Below are positions 55,308 through 63,130 of a stretch of DNA of 64,000 nucleotides, piece after piece (the stretch's first letter is position 1; the number at the start of each line of letters is the position of its first letter). The DNA is taken from the NCBI GenBank assembly GCA_023459335.1, contig JAEWUO010000013.1:47048-111047 (forward strand), in the 5' to 3' direction. Both the position numbers and the translations under genes were made by a program. The notes below the pieces were generated by a model. It saw nothing but the letters and a program-made list of their open reading frames with translations, was not told the DNA's origin and searched no databases. Source of the DNA: Bacillota bacterium. Its GTDB lineage: Bacteria > Bacillota > Clostridia > Christensenellales > CAG-138.

Positions 55308-57509
55308 ATGGCAAAGACGACGACTCCCGCGCCGAAGATCAAACGCAAACTCGTTCTCCTCATGGTGTTTTCCGGCCTCCTGCTTCTGCTTCTGGCACTG
55401 CGCCTCTCGCAGGTGATGATCGTGCAGGGGCCCGAACTGAAAACCAAGGCGGAAACGCAATGGACTCGGCGGCAGAATCTCGCCGCGCAGCGCGGCAAGA
55501 TCACCGACCGAAACGGACTCGTGCTTGCGCAGAGCGGAACGGCTTATCGCGTGCTCGCGAACCCGCCCTCCATCGCGGCGGACGACCGCGTGCGCATCGC
55601 GACCGAGGTTTCCGATATTCTCGGACTCAACTACGATTATGTGCTCGAGCGCATCTCCGATCCGGACCGTCTGCAGGTGCAGCTCAAACGGCAGGTGGAG
55701 AGCTCGGTCATCGACCAGCTTGAAGCGCTGCAGCTGGGCAACGGAATCACCTACACCACCGACATGAAGCGCTACTACCCCTTCGGCCAGCTCTTCACGC
55801 AGCTGATCGGCTTTACCGGAATCGAGACGGAGGGGCAGACAGGGCTTGAGGCGGAGTACAACTCCTACCTCGCGGGCGTCGCCGGACGGCTCGTCATCGA
55901 AGTGGACCGAAAGAACAACCCGCTTTCCTACGGCGAAGAATACTATGTCGCGCCGACGGAAGGTTACAATATGGGAATCACGGCGGATTCCGTGGCCCAG
56001 AATTACCTGGAGAAGTACGTCCAGCAATGCTACGAGATTAACCGCGCAAGCACCGTTTCCGGTCTCATCATGGACCCGAACACGGGCGAAATCCTCGCCA
56101 TCAGCACGTATCCTTCCTTTGATCTGAACAATCCACCGCGCGACATGGTCACCGAACTCATGTCGATGTCCCGCGCGCGAATCGTGACGGACACATACGA
56201 AGCGGGCTCGATGTTCGACATGGTTACGGCCGCAGCGGCGATCGATTCCGGCGCCGCCGAGCAGGGCAGCACCTATCGCTGCTCGACCAACGGCGCTTAT
56301 AAAATCTTCCGACTGGAGAAGGTCCGCTGCTGGTATACGGCGGGGCACGGCAGCGAGACGCTGTCCGAAGCGCTCGGCAACTCCTGCAACGTCGCCATGA
56401 TGGATATGGCGCTCGCGACCGGCGTGGATAAATTTTACGACTATATTTACGCGTTTGGCTTTAACGAAAAGACGGACTGCGGAATCCCAAGCGAGGACAC
56501 GGGCGAGGTCATCCACAGAAAATACATCCGCGACAGCGACCTCGCGCGCATTTCGTTCGGCGAGAACATCACCACCACCGCGATCCAGATGGCGAACGCC
56601 TTCTGCGCGATCATCAACGGCGGAACGCTCATGCAGCCCTATGTCGTGGACAATATCACGGCGCCGGACGGCACGGTGATCCTGAAAAACGAGCCGACGA
56701 TCCTCCGGCGCGTCATCAGCTCCAACACATCCGCAACGATGCGCACCCTGCTGCAGTATGTCGCGGAAAAAGGCAACGGCAGCAACGCGCAGGTGCCGAA
56801 TTACACCGTCGGCGGCATTACGGGGGTATCCAGAAAATTTGAGGAAGACGGCGTAACCCCGTCCCGCACGCGTGTGGTTGCGTCGTACATCGGTTTCCTG
56901 CCGGTCAACGATCCGCAGCTCGTGTGCATGATCATGATCGACGAACCGCAGGTACCCTATATGGAAGCCAGCAGTTCCGCTGGATACTGGGTATCCAGGA
57001 TATTTTCGGACCTTGTGCAGTATTACGGCATTCTGCCGGATACCACAACAAGCTTGACTTCGGTTCCGAACGTAGTCGGCCTGACCGCGAAAGAAGCGGC
57101 TTACGAGCTCGCAAAAGCAGGGTTTACGACGTATACGGTCCCGACCGAGGATACCGCGATGGTCGTTACGCAGTATCCCGCGGCGGAAGAAGAGGTTGCT
57201 TCCGGGTCGGTCGTCATCCTCTATACGACGATGACCACGTTTAACGACGATGGGTTATACAAGGAGCAGGTCTCCGTTCCGAACGTCGTCGGCCGCCGAA
57301 GACAGGATGCATTTGACAAACTCACGGAACTTGGGCTTTTCCTGAGCTTCGACAAGACGCAGTGCACGGGGCAGATCGATACGCAGTCCATCGAAGAGGG
57401 TACTATGGTCGATCCCGGGACGACGATTTACGTCACGTTCCCTTCGCCGACGCCGACGGAGGAACCCACGCCAACACCGGTACCCGGAGCTCCGACGCCG
57501 GCGCCGTAA
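55308..57509 (+). CDS. Class B penicillin-binding protein (SpoVD/FtsI position) with two PASTA repeats; catalytic motifs degenerate
   Basis: 733 aa with a TM anchor, dimerisation domain, transpeptidase fold and two PASTA repeats (SVPNVVG...). Box 1 reads SMFD (not SxxK), box 2 reads SCN, and box 3 reads ITG (not KTG). See findings. Confidence 0.9.
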   Translation: MAKTTTPAPKIKRKLVLLMVFSGLLLLLLALRLSQVMIVQGPELKTKAETQWTRRQNLAAQRGKITDRNGLVLAQSGTAYRVLANPPSIAADDRVRIATEVSDILGLNYDYVLERISDPDRLQVQLKRQVESSVIDQLEALQLGNGITYTTDMKRYYPFGQLFTQLIGFTGIETEGQTGLEAEYNSYLAGVAGRLVIEVDRKNNPLSYGEEYYVAPTEGYNMGITADSVAQNYLEKYVQQCYEINRASTVSGLIMDPNTGEILAISTYPSFDLNNPPRDMVTELMSMSRARIVTDTYEAGSMFDMVTAAAAIDSGAAEQGSTYRCSTNGAYKIFRLEKVRCWYTAGHGSETLSEALGNSCNVAMMDMALATGVDKFYDYIYAFGFNEKTDCGIPSEDTGEVIHRKYIRDSDLARISFGENITTTAIQMANAFCAIINGGTLMQPYVVDNITAPDGTVILKNEPTILRRVISSNTSATMRTLLQYVAEKGNGSNAQVPNYTVGGITGVSRKFEEDGVTPSRTRVVASYIGFLPVNDPQLVCMIMIDEPQVPYMEASSSAGYWVSRIFSDLVQYYGILPDTTTSLTSVPNVVGLTAKEAAYELAKAGFTTYTVPTEDTAMVVTQYPAAEEEVASGSVVILYTTMTTFNDDGLYKEQVSVPNVVGRRRQDAFDKLTELGLFLSFDKTQCTGQIDTQSIEEGTMVDPGTTIYVTFPSPTPTEEPTPTPVPGAPTPAP

Positions 57510-57614
57510 GACAGGCGGACGTTACGGACGACCGGACGGAAAACACGCGAAACATACAAGGACAAGGATTCTATTTTCTGCGCGGAGAACACGCGCGACG
57601 GGAGGTAATCAGGG

Positions 57615-59048
57615 ATGCTGCTTTCGGAACTGGCAATGGCGTCCGGCCTGCGCTATGAAGGCGAAGACACGGATATCGTCTCCATCGAATACGATTCGCG
57701 CAAGGTCAAAAAAGGCAGTATGTTCTGCTGTATTATCGGTTCGCTTCTGGACGGGCATTCGTTTGCGGAGGCGGCCGTGCAGAGCGGCGCCATCGCGCTT
57801 CTCGTCGAGCGGGAACTGCCGATTGCCGTTCCGCAGCTCGTTGTGAAAAACGCGAGGAAAGCGATGGCGGAGATGGCCGCCGCATTCTACGGATACCCGC
57901 AGCGGGAGATGATGATGCTGGGCGTCACCGGAACGAACGGAAAGACCACCACGACCTACATGGTCAAGGCGATCGCCGAACAGGCCGGCAAAAAAGTCGG
58001 CGTGATCGGCACCATCCGGAACCTCATCGGCAACGAGAGCATCCACACCGACCGCACGACGCCGGAATCCGTCGATCTCTTCCGAATCCTCCGGATGATG
58101 GCGGACGCGCATGTGGACCTTGTGGTCATGGAGACGAGCTCCCACGCGCTGGAGCAGTTCCGCGTGCACGGTATCAAGTTTGACGTAGGCCTCTTCACAA
58201 ACCTCACGCAGGATCACCTCGATTACCACAAGTCGTTCGATAATTACCTTGCGGCGAAAAAGATCCTATTCCTCAACAGCAGGAAGGCGGTCGTCAACGT
58301 GGACGATCCGTATTCCGCGCGCATCATGGAAGGGCTGAACATTCCCATCCTGACCTTCGGCGTGCGCGACCGCGCGGATATTTCCGCGACGGATATCGAC
58401 ATTACGACCGACGGCGTGAGATTCGACCTGCACACGCCCGAGGGCGAGGTGCTCATGAACCTCGCGATTCCCGGGCTGTTTTCGGTGTTTAACGCGATGG
58501 GCGCGGCCGGTATGGCGCTGGCGGTCGGCATCAAGCTCAGCGCGGTCAAGGCGGGGCTGGAATCGCTCACAAGCGTTTCCGGCAGGCTTGAGCCGGTGAA
58601 AACGAACAGGGGCTTCTCCGTATTCGTCGATTACGCGCATACGCCCGACGCGCTGGAAAACGTGCTGAAAACCGTGCAGCAGTTCGCCAAGGGACGCGTG
58701 ATCTGCGTCTTTGGATGCGGCGGAGACCGCGACCGCGCGAAAAGGCCGATTATGGGCGAGATCGCCGGGCGGTTTTCCGAGCTTGCGGTCATCACGAGCG
58801 ACAACCCGCGTACAGAGGATCCGATGGCCATTATCGAATCCATCGAAGACGGGATGAAGCGCAGCGGCACGAGGTATACGGTCATCGAAAACCGCAAGGA
58901 AGCCATACGCTACGCGCTGCTGGCCGCGCAGGGCGACGACGTGATCATGATTGCCGGAAAAGGCCACGAGAATTATCAGGAGATCAACGGAACGAAATAT
59001 CATTTCGACGATAAAGAGATTGTGGAAGAGCTCCTTGATGAGCTGTAA
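57615..59048 (+). CDS. murE: UDP-N-acetylmuramoyl-L-alanyl-D-glutamate--2,6-diaminopimelate ligase
   Basis: GVTGTNGKTTT, TSSHALE, DHLDYH and AAKKILF. The DNPR motif (SDNPRTEDP) indicates meso-DAP specificity. AGKGHE is also present. Confidence 0.95.
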   Translation: MLLSELAMASGLRYEGEDTDIVSIEYDSRKVKKGSMFCCIIGSLLDGHSFAEAAVQSGAIALLVERELPIAVPQLVVKNARKAMAEMAAAFYGYPQREMMMLGVTGTNGKTTTTYMVKAIAEQAGKKVGVIGTIRNLIGNESIHTDRTTPESVDLFRILRMMADAHVDLVVMETSSHALEQFRVHGIKFDVGLFTNLTQDHLDYHKSFDNYLAAKKILFLNSRKAVVNVDDPYSARIMEGLNIPILTFGVRDRADISATDIDITTDGVRFDLHTPEGEVLMNLAIPGLFSVFNAMGAAGMALAVGIKLSAVKAGLESLTSVSGRLEPVKTNRGFSVFVDYAHTPDALENVLKTVQQFAKGRVICVFGCGGDRDRAKRPIMGEIAGRFSELAVITSDNPRTEDPMAIIESIEDGMKRSGTRYTVIENRKEAIRYALLAAQGDDVIMIAGKGHENYQEINGTKYHFDDKEIVEELLDEL

Positions 59049-59180
59049 GATTTCGAACATGGATTTATCCGCATCCGCCGCTATACCGACCGGTATTAAG
59101 GCGGGTGCGTTTTATATGTATGCGAAAAGAAGAGGAAATTGGGATTGTCCGCCGCGGGTTTTCGGGGGTATAATACCGGT

Positions 59181-60218
59181 ATGTTTACAATCGTACTGAC
59201 CGCGCTGACGGCGTTTTGCATCGTCTGGCTTCTTGGCCCGCTGCTGATTCCGATGCTGCAGCGGCTGACATCCGAGAATAAGCCTCACGAGACCGAGCCG
59301 GAACCGCAGCCGCAGCCGCAGAAGAAGAAACAGCAGCAGGCGACGAAAAGACCGCCCGCACCGACGATGGGCGGCATAATGATCCTACTTGCGGTCGCAG
59401 TGGCTACGCTTGTTTTCGGGCTGGATGGAATGGAGTTTGCGCTGCCCGCGCTGGTCGCGATGCTCGCTCTGGGCGTGCTGGGGTTTATAGACGATTTTAC
59501 CAAGACGCGCGGCGCCGAAGGGGAGGGTCTGAAACGCTATCAGAAACTTCTCGTCGAACTGATCGTAGCGGGGATCGTAGCCGTCTGGGCGTATCGCTCG
59601 CCTTTGATCGGTTCCTCGCTTTATCTGCCCGTCTCCGGCTCAGATTGGGATATCGGCGTGTGGTACATCCCGCTGTCGGCGCTCGTCGTGCTCGGCATGA
59701 CGAACGCGGCGCAGATGACCGACGGCATGGATGGTCTTGTGACCGGCGTGAGCATGGTATACTCGCTGTTTATGATCGCCATACTTGCTGCGATGGCGCT
59801 GACGGCCAATCAGGCGGGCGAACTGCTGCTGGGGGGTAATCTCACCGGAACGGCGGTGTTCTCCGCGGCCGTCGCGGGCGCCTGCGTCGGGTTTTTACGT
59901 TATAACACTTATCCCGCGCGCGTGCAGCCCGGCTCCACCGGCGCGCTTGCGCTGGGTGGCGCGGTGGCGATGCTTGCGCTTCTCAGCCGCTCGATCCTGC
60001 TGCTGCCGCTGACGGGGTTCTGCTTCCTTGCGAGCATGGGTTCGGTGGTCCTGCAGGCGTTCAGCCGCAGGCGGGAGGATGGAAAGCGGCTTTTTCGCGC
60101 CGTGCCGATCCACCGGCACTTCGAACAGGCGGGGCACCCCGCGCCGCAGATCGCTTCAATGTACGCCATTGTCACGGCGGTGCTCTGCGCGATCTGCCTG
60201 CTGCCGTATCTCAAATAA
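59181..60218 (+). CDS. mraY: MraY-family phospho-MurNAc-pentapeptide translocase homologue, atypical at invariant positions
   Basis: 10-TM PNPT fold in the canonical murE-mraY-murD position, with PTMGG, GFIDDF and MTDGMDGL present. VQPGSTGA replaces VFMGD(T/V)GS, HRH replaces HHH, and a low-complexity PQ/K-rich loop replaces the GQxIRxxGPxxHxxK loop. I start at ATG 59181. Confidence 0.85.
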   Translation: MFTIVLTALTAFCIVWLLGPLLIPMLQRLTSENKPHETEPEPQPQPQKKKQQQATKRPPAPTMGGIMILLAVAVATLVFGLDGMEFALPALVAMLALGVLGFIDDFTKTRGAEGEGLKRYQKLLVELIVAGIVAVWAYRSPLIGSSLYLPVSGSDWDIGVWYIPLSALVVLGMTNAAQMTDGMDGLVTGVSMVYSLFMIAILAAMALTANQAGELLLGGNLTGTAVFSAAVAGACVGFLRYNTYPARVQPGSTGALALGGAVAMLALLSRSILLLPLTGFCFLASMGSVVLQAFSRRREDGKRLFRAVPIHRHFEQAGHPAPQIASMYAIVTAVLCAICLLPYLK

Positions 60219-60265
60219 ACTTACGCTCGAATCGGATTCGGCGTTTCTTCGGAGGCTACCAAAAA

Positions 60266-61618
60266 ATGGAACAACGTAAAAAAGCGCTGATCGTCGGCAT
60301 GGCGAAGAGCGGAGTCGGCGCGGCCAAACTGCTTGCGCGCGGCGGATGGGACGTGATCGTCAACGACAAAAAGGCAGAAATCGCCGGACTGAGCGAGCAG
60401 CTTGCCGGCGTGTCCGTCGAGTGGCATTTGGGCGAAGAGCCGCAGAGCCTGCTAAACGGCGTATCGCTGGTCGTGATCAGCCCCATCATCCCGATGACGG
60501 CGCAGTTCGTAAAGGACGCGCAGGCGCGCGGCATCGAGGTCATCGGCGAGATCGAGCTAGGGTACCGTTACAGCTACGGAGAATTCGTCTGTATCACCGG
60601 AACGAACGGCAAGACGACCTGCACCGCGCTGACCGGCGAAATGTTCAAAAACGGCGGACGGCATACGTTCGTGCTTGGCAACATCGGAGTGGCGATCTCC
60701 GAGCATGCGCTGGACACGCGCGCTGGCGACGTGGTCGTCGCCGAAACCGCAGCGCTGCAGCTGGAAGGAAACGTACGCTTTCATGCGCGCGCGGCGGGGG
60801 TTTGCAATATTACGGAAGACCATCTCGACCACTTCGGAACGATGGAAAACTACATTGCCGCGAAGTGCAAGATTTTCGATCACCAGACGTCGGAGGATAT
60901 CGCGGTGCTGAACTACGACGACGCGGTGGTGCGCGGCATGGCGCGGCTGACTCCCGCGCGCGTCTATTATTTTTCTCGGAAAAGCGAGGTTCCGCGAGGG
61001 CTGTTTCTGCGCGGGGATGAGGTGATTTACCGAGACGAAGAGGGAGAGTACGCGCTCATCCGCGCGGAGGAGATCAAAATCCCCGGCGGGCACAACCTCG
61101 AAAACGCGATGCTCAGTTCTCTGCTCGCGCTTGGTATGGGCATTTCTCCCGATGCGGTGCGCGAAACGCTGAAGACATTTCCCGGCGTGGAACACCGGAT
61201 CGAATTCGTGCGGGAGTTTGGCGGCGTCCGCTATATCAACGACTCCAAGGGCACCAACCCCGACTCGACGATCAAGGCGATTCAGGCGATGACGCGCCCG
61301 ACCGTGCTCATCCTCGGCGGCTACGACAAGCACAGCGACTTCCACGAGCTTTTCGAGCATTTTCACGGCAGCAGGCTCAAGGCCATCGTCGTGCTCGGAG
61401 AAACAAAACAGAAAATTCTCGATACCGCGCGGGACACGGGGTATCTGGGATATTGCCACGCGACGGGTACGTTTGAGGACGCGGTTTCCTGCGCTCGCAT
61501 GATGGCGGCTCCCGGCGATGCGGTGCTCCTTTCGCCCGCCTGCGCAAGCTGGGATATGTTCGATAACTTTGAACAGCGTGGCAGGGTATTTAAGCAGATC
61601 GTGAATCAATTCCGATAA
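60266..61618 (+). CDS. murD: UDP-N-acetylmuramoylalanine--D-glutamate ligase
   Basis: ITGTNGKTT, NITEDHLDHF, AAKCKIF, EHRIEFV, NDSKGTN and SPACASWDMF..FEQRG. Confidence 0.95.
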   Translation: MEQRKKALIVGMAKSGVGAAKLLARGGWDVIVNDKKAEIAGLSEQLAGVSVEWHLGEEPQSLLNGVSLVVISPIIPMTAQFVKDAQARGIEVIGEIELGYRYSYGEFVCITGTNGKTTCTALTGEMFKNGGRHTFVLGNIGVAISEHALDTRAGDVVVAETAALQLEGNVRFHARAAGVCNITEDHLDHFGTMENYIAAKCKIFDHQTSEDIAVLNYDDAVVRGMARLTPARVYYFSRKSEVPRGLFLRGDEVIYRDEEGEYALIRAEEIKIPGGHNLENAMLSSLLALGMGISPDAVRETLKTFPGVEHRIEFVREFGGVRYINDSKGTNPDSTIKAIQAMTRPTVLILGGYDKHSDFHELFEHFHGSRLKAIVVLGETKQKILDTARDTGYLGYCHATGTFEDAVSCARMMAAPGDAVLLSPACASWDMFDNFEQRGRVFKQIVNQFR

Positions 61619-61622
61619 GTAT

Positions 61623-61656
61623 AACAACAACGCCCGCAAGGGCGTTGTTGTTTTAT
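61623..61656. terminator. Bidirectional terminator ending the dcw segment
   Basis: Perfect 13-bp stem AACAACAACGCCC-GCAA-GGGCGTTGTTGTT followed by TTAT. Confidence 0.8.
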
Positions 61657-61663
61657 CGCGCGT

Positions 61664-62224
61664 TTATTCGTTGATAATGTCGATCTGGCAGGGTTTCATG
61701 GCGTTCAGCGCGTTGATGTGCCCCTCCGGCGTCGCGCCCGCGCAGGCCGCCGCATCCACGACGATCTTCGCCTCGGGGTAAAACGCCTTGACGAGCAGCG
61801 CGTTGCTGATGACGCAGATGTCGGTGCAGAGGCCGACGAGCGTGACTTCCTCCGGTTCTTCGCCGCCGAGCATCTCGTGGATGCGCATCGGAAGGCTCAC
61901 GCCGCCGAAGGTGTCCTTCGCGATCATGTGCTGTTCGTCCGCGGCGTTTTTGTGCATGAGCGCCATCCAGACGGAAGCGTTCGGCGCCCAGCCGTCGGTT
62001 CCCGCGATGCAGTGCTTGACGGGGAGTTTCTTTCCTTCCTGCGTTTCGAGGTATTTCTCGGTATGCGTGTCCAGCGTGTACAGGATCAGCCCGTCGAAGC
62101 CGAGGATGCGCTGTACGACCGCTTCGACGATCGCCTGCGCTTCCTTAGTACCGAGCGAACCTGTGATGAAGTCGTTCTGCATGTCCACGACGACGAGGAC
62201 TTTTTTGTTCAGCGGCTGTTCCAT
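61664..62224 (-). CDS. Isochorismatase-family cysteine hydrolase (nicotinamidase PncA-like)
   Basis: VVVDMQNDF, and GLCTDICV containing the catalytic Cys. 186 aa. Confidence 0.85.
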   Translation of the reverse strand: MEQPLNKKVLVVVDMQNDFITGSLGTKEAQAIVEAVVQRILGFDGLILYTLDTHTEKYLETQEGKKLPVKHCIAGTDGWAPNASVWMALMHKNAADEQHMIAKDTFGGVSLPMRIHEMLGGEEPEEVTLVGLCTDICVISNALLVKAFYPEAKIVVDAAACAGATPEGHINALNAMKPCQIDIINE

Positions 62225-62260
62225 GTGGCAAGACTCCTTTACAGCGGTTTGATGATATTT

Positions 62261-63010
62261 TCAGCGGGGCATAGCCCCGGATACGACGTACAACAGCACG
62301 CCCGCCGCGACGGAAGCGTTGAGCGACTCGGCCCGGCCGCGCATGGTCAGGCGGAAACTTTCGCAGAGCGCGCCGACTTCCGCACTCACGCCGCTGCCTT
62401 CGCTGCCGATCACGAGCGCGACGCCGGGGCTCAGGACTGGCAGCGTTTCTTTGCCGCGCAGGTCCCCGCAGAGGCAGGTGAATCCCTGGTGCTTCATCTT
62501 GTCCAGCTCGGTCGTCAGTTCGCCCTGCCAGACGGACAGATGATAGTTGGAGCCCATCGCGGCGCGCAGCGTTTTGGGTGCGTATGCGTCCGCACAGGCG
62601 GGGGAAAGCAGCACGCCCGCGGCGCCGAACGCGTCCGCCGAGCGCAGGATCGCGCCGACGTTGCCGGGGTCCTGCACGCCGTCTAGCACGACGGTCAACC
62701 CGACGGGGTACGTTTCCGGCGGGTTCAGGGACGGCGTCCCCACCACGGCGACCACGCCCTGCGGCGTCTGGCTCTCGCAAAGGGACTCGAGGACGCTTCT
62801 TGTTACGGTATAGACCGCTTCGATTTCCGGCGCGGAGAATGGGAACCCGTCCTCCACAAAGAGCGCGCCGACGCGCGCGCCGGAGGCGATCGCTTCGCGC
62901 ACGAGCTTGCCGCCCTCGATCAGGTGCAGGCCGCTTGCCTTGCGTTCCTTTCTCAGCAGGAGCTTGCGCGCTTCCTTCACTCGCTCATTCGAGCGGCTCT
63001 CGATGATCAT
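62261..63010 (-). CDS. TrmH/SpoU-family RNA 2'-O-methyltransferase
   Basis: 249 aa with an N-terminal substrate-binding subdomain. SpoU motifs are VLDGVQDPGNVGAILRSA, LVIGSEGSGVS and SLNASVAAGVLLY. Confidence 0.85.
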   Translation of the reverse strand: MIIESRSNERVKEARKLLLRKERKASGLHLIEGGKLVREAIASGARVGALFVEDGFPFSAPEIEAVYTVTRSVLESLCESQTPQGVVAVVGTPSLNPPETYPVGLTVVLDGVQDPGNVGAILRSADAFGAAGVLLSPACADAYAPKTLRAAMGSNYHLSVWQGELTTELDKMKHQGFTCLCGDLRGKETLPVLSPGVALVIGSEGSGVSAEVGALCESFRLTMRGRAESLNASVAAGVLLYVVSGAMPR

Positions 63011-63130
63011 GCGCGCCTCCTGTTCCAGAAAAAATCGTGTTTATTCAGCCGGTTTTCGATTTTTAACAGTATATCATATTTTAGCCGGAAGCATCGAGAG
63101 AAACGGAAAGGAAATTGCATTCTCAAAAGT

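Noticed and set aside
59049-59180. Absence of murF between murE and mraY, considered as a possible deletion.
   Set aside because: In Firmicutes the dcw order murE-mraY-murD without murF is the norm; murF usually sits with ddl elsewhere. It is therefore not anomalous by itself. The 132-nt gap contains no gene remnant that I can see.
54909-62686. ORFs 54909..56516(-), 57609..58229(-), 58266..59060(-), 60557..61639(-) and 61718..62686(+).
   Set aside because: They are antisense to the PBP, murE, murD, nicotinamidase-like and TrmH genes. They show the same shadow-ORF composition.
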